DNA of 64,000 nucleotides from Chrysomallon squamiferum (Eukaryota; Animalia; Mollusca): NCBI GenBank assembly GCA_012295275.1, contig CM022667.1, positions 2,046,001 to 2,110,000 of the forward strand, read 5' to 3'. Shown piece by piece: positions 14,444 to 24,714 of this stretch (position 1 is its first letter; each line of letters starts with the position of its first letter). The notes under the pieces were generated by a model. It saw only the letters and a program-made list of their open reading frames with translations, ran no database searches and was not told where the DNA came from. The position numbers and the translations under genes were made by a program.

Positions 14444-16493
14444 CAACGCATATTCATTAACATGCATATATAATTATACATATGTCTATCTGTTTCTTTC
14501 TCTCTTTCATTCTCTCACTCTGTCCATCTCTCTTTCTCTGAATTTTCTCTTTTATTATTTGCACTCAATGCTCCTCTACCTTGCTTTGTACTCAATGAAC
14601 TATGGCAGTTTTGAATTTTATAGAAAGAAAAGAAAAGAAAAAAACAAAAACAGGAAGAAAGAAGCATAAAAAAAAAAAAGAAAGACAAACAAACCAGAGA
14701 AAAACAGACAGAAAGCAGAAAGACGGCAAACAAACAAGAAAAGAAAAAATAATGAAAGAAAGAAGAAAAAAATGAAAGAAAAAAAAAAGAAAAGAAAGAA
14801 AATTTTTAAAAAATATTTAGGAATAATAAAAAGCATGATTGATCGACAAAGTTTCACACGCATACTTGGAATCCTTTTTTTTTTTTTTTTTTTTTTTTGT
14901 CTCAATTTTTACCTGCTCTCGTGAATTTTGTCATTTGAAAACACACGAACAACCAGCTATTGTAATCGTCATTCTATGGAGGTCCAGCTGTTTCCTTTGT
15001 AGTGGACAAGCTGAAACACCAATCCTGCCTTTTTCTTTCTTCCTACATAGCGATGAAGTTTGAGTGAAAGCTTGCTTGGACACAGATTGAATCTCAAGTG
15101 ATTATTGTATCTTGACCTGAATTTTTTTTTTTTTGCAAAATGTATGTCACAGGCAAGTGTCACCATGCCTTGGTGTCTTCAGATGAGAGATTAAAGGGTT
15201 ACTAGGTACAAATATTTGTAAAAACATAATTTTTTATGAATATATTTTATAGAAAAGTACAATAACGATTCACAAACCGGTTTTTGACATGTAGTTTGAG
15301 TCTGGGCTTGCGAAGCTATAGTTGTTTGTTGAGTGTTGATGTTAGTGAAATAACGAGAATTAAATATACTACTACTACTACTGTTGCTGCTGCTGCTGCT
15401 ACTACTACTACTCTACTACTACTGCTACTAATGATAATAATGATGACGGCAATAATAATAATAACAGTAATAATAATAATAAGGAGAAGAAGAAGACGAG
15501 TAGATATATTCTTCTGTTAATAGTAGCAGTAGAAGTAAAGAAGCAGTCGTAGAAGTTGTAGTAGTAGTAGTAGTAGTTTGCAGTATTTATATAAGAATAT
15601 AAGCAAGAAGACATCCAGAAATGACTTCATAAATTAGAAATTTAAAACAAGTATTATTACTCTTTATTTATTTATTTCAGTTTTTTGCATAACGTTTTTA
15701 ATTATGCTTCCATTTCTTACTAGTAAAACAAATAGAAAATAAAAGAATGAAAAAGAAAAAGAAAAAAATATGTGTGTGTATGTATATATATATATATGTA
15801 TGTACACACACGTGTGTGTATATATATATATATATACATACACACACACACACACACACATATATATAATATATATATATACTGCTTGCTGTGAGCAATG
15901 ACATCTGTTTCGGATTTAAAATCTACGTCAGATCATAGATGAATCCGAAAATGACGTCATCGGTGACACGCGGCAAGGCTAGGCCGCAGGTCGATATAAT
16001 TCGGATTTTATTTTTTATTTTATTTTTAAAATACGTGATTTAATAAACTAGAACCACACAGTCTAATGCTCTGACTAACCCGTGAATTGTCTTTTGTTAC
16101 GTGAATCAGCATAACAAACAGCGGGCCGCGTGCTATGTTTAAGAACTCACACACACCCAAGTCACACCTAAATTACCGCGTCGTGATTGAATTTCTCCCC
16201 ACGATGACCCAGCCGTGAGTAATTCCACTGGCTCCGACGTCGTGTCTGAGTTCCCAGACGTCAGCAACCGTCTGCTGGCAGAATCCAAAAATGGAAAATG
16301 GCGTCGATGTAATAATGAAATTTTGTTTTATTTTTCGCTTACGTTTGTAATGGCGTGCTGTGCACAGTAACACACATTAGTGACAAAACTGGTTAGTGCA
16401 TGGACGCGGAAATATTATTTTATGTTCGTTCAGTAATATCATGTGATTTATTACCTACACGTACTTTAATCAATGCAGACATACATACATACA

Positions 16494-16529
<36 letters not shown>

Positions 16530-17699
16530 CACATACATACATATATACATATATACATACATACATACATATATATACATACATACATACATACATATAT
16601 ATACATATATATATATATATACATACATACACACATTTGTACATACATATACACACAGATACACACACACACACACACTACACACACACATACAGACATA
16701 TATATATCTGTATCTATATATAATACTAGTAAATATGTCGTCTAAAATCCCCTAGCCCTATCTTCCTCTCTTCGAAACGTATGTTTCACTATATAAAATT
16801 AATAAATAAATTAAACTAAATAAAATAAAATGCAACAACAAAAAACATCTCAACATTAATGGAAAAAGACAATACTGAAGATAAAAAAACCAAAAAAAAA
16901 ACCACAAACATTATAATAATCCATTAGGCATCAATCGTATATCTACGTGAATATTATAATTTAATACATATAACTTACCAAGATTTGTGGAAGTTTTCTC
17001 AGAAAAAAAAACGTCATAACGAAGCAGGAGGTTTTCTAAGTTCTCCGTAATATGTTTAACAATTCAATGACGTCAGTGTACTGTTTGACGTCATATCGTT
17101 AAGATGTATTTCAAACGGTCATCGCTTTTTAAGTGTAAATATATTTCATAAATGATAGGGATAATGTTTTAATTTTTTTTGTTTTTATTTATTTATTTTT
17201 TATTATTTTTTAATTTTGTATTTATTTATTTATTTATTTATTTTTTAATTTTTATTTTTATTTTTTTTATTTTTTTTTTTTGGCAATGACGTTATTATGG
17301 TGATTAATATGGTATAGTATATACCTTTACTCTTTAAAATTTCCTTTGTGAAATAAATCATTTTATTCTTTATTATTATCATCACCATCATTACTGTATC
17401 ATCATCATCATCATCATCATTATTATCATTTTCACTGGCTTTCCTGAATCTGCGCCTACGTTCGTACTGGGACGTTCATAAATAACACACAGACAAACAG
17501 ACACACGTAACTTCCCGACACGTCAGTTTTGTTGTGTCTAGTACACACAGGTCGCTAAATAAGGCAAAAACACTTGATTTTAACAGTCGAACCAAATTTG
17601 GAAAATACCGAATAAAAATGTAGGATATATTATTTAAAATCTCGAAGAAGAAGAAGAAGAAGAAGACAAGCGGCGTTCAATAATATTTACAGATTAAAA

Positions 17700-18256
17700 A
17701 CAAGGACTGTCGTCGTACATTAGGATCAAGGTCACGGGGATAGCAATTAATTAATTTGTATAATTGTATTTAACTCCCAAGCCTGTACCGCTAAGCGAAC
17801 TGGTGAAATCCTAAATCACTTAAGATTATAATTAAACAGACTGCCCACGTGGTAAGCATTCAAAAATACTATTTTAGGGAAGGTTCGCCTACTGTTTTGG
17901 AAAGCCACGCAGAAATTGGATTAAACAATTACTCGAGGAAACGCTAAGAACGGGTTTTATGCAAATTGATTTACTGTGCAGACGACACACACTCCGGATC
18001 GAAATCTCACGATCAATTGAATTCCTCAAGAGCCGTGGGAATCAGTTTGTGCCGCTGAACCAATGAGAATTCGAGACGCCGTGACGTCAGAGAAAGCGTG
18101 GTTACACAGCCTGTTTTTGCGTTGCGATTGTCGTAACTGACGATTTACTGGCTTGAGGTCTATTAATAGGATTTGGTGACCCAGTAGAGATCTTGCTTTT
18201 ATCATCCTTTAGTAAGATGATACGAGATGCAATTCACATTGGTTAATCAGTGGGAA

Positions 18257-18260
<4 letters not shown>
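17700..18260. promoter_or_regulatory. Candidate cis-regulatory module (dense transcription-factor motif cluster)
   Basis: TCAAGGTCA 17726-17734, CACGTG 17846-17851, octamer ATGCAAAT 17959-17966, CSL/Su(H) CGTGGGAA 18034-18041, CCAAT 18060-18064, CRE TGACGTCA 18082-18089, within a non-repetitive CpG-containing island. Motif matches only. Confidence 0.4.
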
Positions 18261-18314
<54 letters not shown>

Positions 18315-18930
18315 ATTGAATACCTCCGATGAAGTAGATCAAAGAAAATAAATGTCAAAAAGTGAAAAAACTAAAGAAAAATAACTGCGACTGTTAAATG
18401 TCCGGGAATTTTTTTTTAATTTTGAGCTAATCTATTTTATCGCTCTTAATTTTCAAAAATATATATTTGTTTTTCTCTTCTCTCCTTTTCTGTCTTATAT
18501 ATGTATAAATATATTTCTTTCTGCCTCTGTCTAAAAGATACTGCACTTAAGAATCCTTTTATATATATATATATATATGTTCCTGTTTCACTCTTATCAT
18601 ATTTTATCACTTAATCGTTATTTCAAAAAATTATTTTCTGCTGACAGTTGAAATATTTTTGCTCACGTTTGCACCTAAACAAAGAACCAATAACTTGGTT
18701 ACCAAGTGACTTCAGGTTTTTCAGATTCTAAACATCTTGTATGTCACATTTTTATGAAGATAACCGAATGCCGGTCACTCGAGTCCAGATCAAAGTCCAG
18801 CAGCAGTGACCAGGTAGAAAGGAAATACTCGAATTTAAAGCACATTTCAAATCCGTGTGTTTTTGTCCAAGGTCAAGGTCAGGGTCAGGCTGTCCTCTGC
18901 ACCTAGCGTAACGGTTCGCGTGTCCTTTCT

Positions 18931-19075
<145 letters not shown>

Positions 19076-19320
19076 TATCTCTTTGTTTCTTTCTCTGTCT
19101 CTGTCTTTCTCTCTCTTTCTCTCTGTTTTTCTCTTTCTCTTTCTGTCTCTCTGTCTCGTAAGTAACAAAGTAAAATTATGTTTGTATCTATTTCTATCAT
19201 GTCTATCATTGTAGCAGCAGCAGCAGCAGCAAAAGTAGCAGTGGTAGTAGTAGTAGTAGCAATATTAACAACAATAATAACAATAACATTAATAATAATA
19301 ATTATGACGTCTCGACAACC

Positions 19321-19388
19321 CAATTACATCAGTCCACTTTACGTCATATCAATTACATCATTCACATTACGTCATACCAATTACATCA
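19321..19388. repeat. Short ~29-bp tandem repeat built of alternating TTACATCA / TTACGTCA bZIP-type sites
   Basis: TTACATCA at 19324, 19353 and 19381; TTACGTCA at 19339 and 19367; spacing 14-15 bp. Confidence 0.7.
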
Positions 19389-20008
19389 CGCATTATTTTT
19401 CGGAGAAAGTGTAAAGTCATCAGGACATGAATCTTTGGATAAATAAAACTTTTCCACAAAAAAAAAAAACCAAAAACAATATTCTCTGAAAGTGACCGGA
19501 GTTACATCAGCTTAGACGCAAGAGCTTTAATCGGGTTATCGGTCGTTGCACTGTTCAATAATAAAAGAATGAGAAAAAAAAAAAAAAAAAAAAAAAAGTA
19601 GGCGTACGAAACACTAATAATATCTCGTTACAGTTTCGCAACATTCTATTGATGTGGCATTTGAAAAAAAAGAAAAAGAATAAAAAAAAAAAAAAAAAAA
19701 AAAAAGAGAAGAAGAATTAGAAAAAAAGAAAAAGAAAGTTAAATACATCTATATTATTAAGGTTTATTTTGCACGTGTGTGCGTGTTTCTTTTTCTTCAA
19801 CCACCACTGCTAATACTGTCGCTACTACTACTTATCTTACACCTGTTGCTACTACTACGACAATACTTCTACTACTATGTCTACGGCTCGTATTACTGCT
19901 ATTTCTGCTGCCCATATTACTACTATTCATCTACTGTTAGTTTTACTACTACTACCTCTACTGCTAGTATTACTGCAACTTCTACTGCCCATATTACTAC
20001 TACTCCAT

Positions 20009-20044
<36 letters not shown>

Positions 20045-20633
20045 ACTTCTGTTATAACTGTTGCTACTAATACTTCTACTGCTCCTATTGCAACTACTAC
20101 TACTACATCTACTACTATTTGTGTTACGTCTGTTCCCACTACTACTCCTACTGTTCCTATTACGACTACTACTACTTCTACTACTACTTCTGTTACACCT
20201 GTTGATACTACTACTTCTACTGCTCTTCCTACTACTACTACTACTATTTCTACTGTTCCTAGTATTACTAATAAAAAAATATCGTTGTGTCTACTACTAT
20301 CACTAAAGTTATTGATACTGTGACAACTACTAGTGAAACGAATACTTTAACTGGGATTAATAAAAACGTCATGGTTTGTTATAAATATTTTCCCCATCTG
20401 ATGTCGACAGTGACTACATTAAATCATCAAAATGTCTTTTTCATTAAAATAACTTAAGATAATAAAATAATGTCGATCAAGTTTCAAGTTAATAACGTTC
20501 ATAAAGAATAAATTATTAACTAAATGTATAATAAAAGAATGTAACAGATGTTTTATAGTTACTATAATAATTAATTTTTTACATTTTCACGTCAGTTTCG
20601 AGAGATTCAGCATATATTTCGAATTAATGTGTA

Positions 20634-21218
20634 CTGTGGAACCTCGGGTTACGAACTTAATTCGTTCCAGAAATCGGTTCGTAAACTGAACTGTACGTAA
20701 ATCGAAGTGATATCAGACACACATTGCGCCACTCTCATGTTTTGAAATTATTTCTTTCTTAACCTCTACTGTGATACGTTTATTCTTTCCACCAGCATTA
20801 TCGCTTTCACTTTTTGTTTTCTTGGGCGCCATATTGGATAGGGTATAATAAAAAAAAAATATACACATAAAAGCAACAACACTTTTAAAAAATGCGAGCG
20901 CACAATCTCAGTGCAAAAGCTGTTGAGCTGAAACTGCGTATCGAAAACTAAAGGTCTAATTCATGATATATATATATATATATATTTGCTATATGGAATG
21001 CCTATAATCCTTACTTTGACCTCGGTTTTGACGTAAGGCATCTATTCTTATCTTTACTAAATGATGACGTCAAAACCGACGTCAAAAGAAAGCTTGTCGT
21101 GTTGCGTCGCTGTAGTTCGTAACTCTGAACATTAATACTAAACCAAGACAAAAATTGCCCAATCGTAATCCGATCAGTTCGTGCAATGAGGAGTTCGTAA
21201 CCCAGTGTTCTTCCACTG
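20634..21218 (-). mobile_element. Internally deleted pogo/Tigger-type (Tc1/mariner superfamily) DNA transposon / MITE
   Basis: Imperfect TIRs (left ctgtggaacctcgggttacgaac; right reverse complement cagtggaagaacactgggttacgaac), flanked by TA at 20632-33 and 21219-20. Minus-strand relic 20832-20713 reads MAPKKTKSESDNAGGKNKRITVEVKKEIISKHESG, the CENP-B/psq-type HTH N-terminus of Tigger transposases, then breaks off. Confidence 0.85.
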
Positions 21219-21539
21219 TACTATTACGTCAGGTTTTACAAAAGATAAATATTCTAAGCATTGAATATTCCAGTACCTGATAGGAACTGATGCTGTCTAG
21301 AATGGTTTCGTACGTTCTAGAATCTTTCAGTGGGGTGCTGCGTTTTAGTTGTTATAGAATGTCCGAGTACTTTCTGGAATGTTCCAGTGCTGTCGATGAA
21401 GTTAAAGTCCATTTTAGAAATGTTATTATGCTGCCCCCCTTGTGGTGTGCCTGTGCGTGTGTGTGTGTGTTTTTAGTGTGTGCGTGCGTGCCCTATATAT
21501 GTATAAAAAATGTTCAGGTACACAACACCTTCATTGTGT

Positions 21540-22290
21540 AGTTGCTGGCATTCTGGCAAATTCATTTTGTTATTTGGTGTGGGAAAGCGTGGAATCAAAG
21601 TGTCTACGAAATGTGCTTATAAATTATACTTTGGCACGAATATTGGAATATCAAGTCAGATCAAGAGCTTCACACCGTAGTTTTGTGTACGTGAGACCTG
21701 AGGGTGGTGACGTCTAATTCACAGAATCTAACATTAACACTAATGGCGTTGAAATCGTCGGGGCTGCAGGATTCGAACGTCTGCTGCCAGGAAAAGACAT
21801 GAAAGAGTCTCGGTATATTTCTTTGGTGAAAGATCATTTGTGTTTCTGTAATGACGTTGAGACACTGTTTCAAGAACACGGGTTGCTGGTCGTGAAGCAA
21901 ACGATTGGAATCTCTTCACAGACAGTTCCTCCCGAAGTCTCGTTTGTTTTTCTTCTGCAAGAAAATCAGTATCCATCAATAGGAACTGGACATATAAAGG
22001 AAAACTGAGAAAATGCAAAAATATATAAACCAGAAGAGGTACAAATAGTAGGTCTGCGGCGTTTTTTGAAATGATTAGTTTCTTAAAAGGTCTCGAAGGA
22101 GTCTATGCAAAACATAATTGCTTTCTTTGTCTATGGGACAGTCTTGCTTATTTCCAACAGTACCAGAAAAGACATTGGCCCCAAAGAGAACAGCGGTTGA
22201 AAAAATTAGTGCGTGGGCCTGTCGAATAGGTTTGTGAAAGAAGACGAAGCTTTCAAATATGTTTCCATTATGTTTCCATATCTACAAACA
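21540..22290 (+). mobile_element. Degenerate DNA-transposon transposase relic, Chapaev3 (CMC)-like
   Basis: Frameshifted, stop-containing fragments in colinear order: NSFCY, AYKLYFG, CFCNDVETLFQE, DWNLFTDSSSRSL, NQYPSI, MISFLKGLEGVYAKHNCFLCLWDS, HWPQRE, EAFKYVSIMFP. These match the recalled WRLFIDSS..SLK.VLLHNGN.YPS / GLQGGYTKY.CFLCLWDSR transposase motifs. Family name is from recall; element ends are uncertain. Confidence 0.75.
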
Positions 22291-23239
22291 GAAAAAAATT
22301 GAAAATATTATTTTCGCAAAATGTTTCAGTCAAACGAATTAATAGAACAAAAAAAAAAAAATTGTCGTTTTGAGAAGTGTTTTAATATTTATTAGAGAAA
22401 ATAACAAAAGCGGAATAGAAAAGCTGATAAGAGTTAAGAAAAGCAATATTCTATTGTAGACAAAGGTTGTTGTATTCGCCGATATGTGTGGCAGATCTTT
22501 TGTCTCCAGATGAACTGTGATTCATGTCGTCGTGGTGGTTGTTGTTTTTGTTGGCGAGACTGTGTAGACTGAGCTTCTTCTTATCGACGCTGTTCTGTTT
22601 GATTTGGAGCCTGGTCCCGATAACTGATGTTCATTTCTGTATCAGCTCCTATTTTCTTCGTTAGCCACAACTATAAAACGTAATGGCTTCTACTTGAGCA
22701 AGAAGCTCTTGATGATTATTAATATTAATATCACATTTAATATTCATCAGATACTGAAAAAAAAAAAAAAAACACCTAAGAGTAATGTAAACTGTGGCAT
22801 CCAAAAATGGTTGTCTTCTTCGAAAAATATATAGTATATGCCTGACTGTGTAATCTTTGCTGGGGGAAAAAATGACTAAAGTTCCACGTTCAGTAATATT
22901 TATTATATGCACCATTCAAATTTGTGTTTTTATGTTATTGTGAGGCATCGACCCTCTAAAGGTCAGCGATGGGTCACATAATTATTTTATAGAAATGGAG
23001 GCGGGGGTCTTTTTTTTTGTTTGTTTTAGGGATTTTGTTTTGTTTAATTGTTGTTTTTTATTTTTATTTTAGAGACATTGTTCCGTCTACATGTATAAGT
23101 ATAAAACTAACATTTAGAAATGTTTATTTTTTATATCAAAACAATTTTCTTTTCTTAACGTGTTGTTATATACCTACAGAAATATACCATTCTTATTAAA
23201 TAAAATTAGTGTTTGTATCCATTTGTATATTTGTACACA

Positions 23240-23281
<42 letters not shown>

Positions 23282-23762
23282 TATGAATGTGTGTGTATAA
23301 GTATGTATATGATGAGTATATATCTATATCTATATCTATATATATGTAAATTAATATAAGTCTGTATGTATATGAATACAAGCTGTTACAAATTACCATA
23401 ACTAAACATAATTATATATTCATACCTAAATACATATCTGTTTGTGCGTGCCTGTGCATGTATAATGACCGAACGTTTCTATATATATATTTGTATTCAT
23501 ACTCGTAAATAAATATTTTCCGTCGTATGAAACCAGAAGACATAGTTACTGTTACTTGTACTAGGTGTGTTACGTTGTAGCTACGTAAACAAAGAAACCT
23601 GGAAAACCCCACCACGCAAATAGAAATATGTACAACAAATGTAGCAGTTAAGCTTCTTATCCGTAGTACCTGCTTTATAGAATATTAAACATCATAATAT
23701 AAAAGTTTTACTGGGATTTCTTTCAGTTCAAAAAAAACAACAAAAAAAACAACCAGCTATAG

Positions 23763-23874
<112 letters not shown>

Positions 23875-23903
23875 CTCTGTAACCACGGGTTGCTCAGTGT
23901 CTG

Positions 23904-23909
23904 TATAAA
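23904..23909 (+). promoter_or_regulatory. Candidate TATA box of the EGF-like precursor gene
   Basis: TATAAA at the start of a CpG-rich segment ~420 bp upstream of the likely ATG. An alternative Inr-like TCAGTT lies at 24191-24196. Confidence 0.35.
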
Positions 23910-24069
23910 CACCAACCAGCGATGCTTGGAGATGAAGTCAAAAACGGTGTTGGTATGAAAAACCGTTGATCACGAAACACAAAAAAGGGGAGTGGCCGCT
24001 CGCGCGTTTTCCCGCTCACGATTCGCCGATTCGTCATCTGGTATTGAGGGTGTAGGCAGAGAGTGATAG

Positions 24070-24102
<33 letters not shown>

Positions 24103-24320
24103 GATTACAACAACCGTAGGAAAAAAAAAAAAACGTGTGGAGTTGAAATAAAAGTAACGGGCAACGCGAAACGGACTCAGACACGACGATTCAGTTTTCC
24201 CAACACGAGCCGCTCTCGACTACTATTATGCATTACATTCTTCTGCACACCTGCTTCCATCGGATGGTCTCATTTCAAGGTGACAGGAGGAGAAGCAGAA
24301 GACACTTGTCTTACGTGTCT

Positions 24321-24638
24321 ATGACTTCACTCTTAAAATCTCTCTACATCGTGATCTTGTTGAACTATCTCATATCTGGAACGGACGCCGGGAATAACGG
24401 CCAACGTCAGTACGTGTGTCGCGGACGGAGGTGTTATAACAATGGAGTTTTATTAATGGGACAGAACATCTGGAGTCCGTGCCGATGTCGGTGTCCGCCC
24501 GAGTTCGTAGGTCCGTCCTGTGAGTACCCCAGGCAGGGCAAGAGGAGCATAGAAAACTTTTATGACATTCTAAGTCGTTTGGAAGAAATAGCAGAGGTGC
24601 AACGTCGCAGAAGATTTGAAACAAATATTTACAATTAA
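24321..24638 (+). CDS. Small secreted precursor (105 aa) with a single non-canonical EGF-like domain and prohormone-type cleavage sites
   Basis: Signal peptide MTSLLKSLYIVILLNYLISGTDA; six-Cys module CRGRRCYNNGVLLMGQNIWSPCRCRCPPEFVGPSCEY; then GKR, a 19-aa acidic spacer, RRRR, FETNIYN-stop. GC-richer and non-repetitive. In-frame upstream ATGs at 24228 and 24264 could extend the N-terminus. Confidence 0.85.
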   Translation: MTSLLKSLYIVILLNYLISGTDAGNNGQRQYVCRGRRCYNNGVLLMGQNIWSPCRCRCPPEFVGPSCEYPRQGKRSIENFYDILSRLEEIAEVQRRRRFETNIYN

Positions 24639-24650
24639 GCCGCAATATAG

Positions 24651-24680
24651 GTAGGTGTTTCCGTGGAAGACGTAATTTTG

Positions 24681-24714
<34 letters not shown>

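Noticed and set aside
14969-15166. Minus-strand ORF with faint resemblance to a LINE reverse-transcriptase C-terminal motif (HRYVGRKKKAGL)
   Set aside because: Too short and weak; no other RT motifs nearby.
18870-18887. Triple AGGTCA/GGGTCA direct repeat as a nuclear-receptor element
   Set aside because: AAGGTCA runs also occur inside the repeat-like element near 29975 and may be repeat-derived; motif alone is insufficient.
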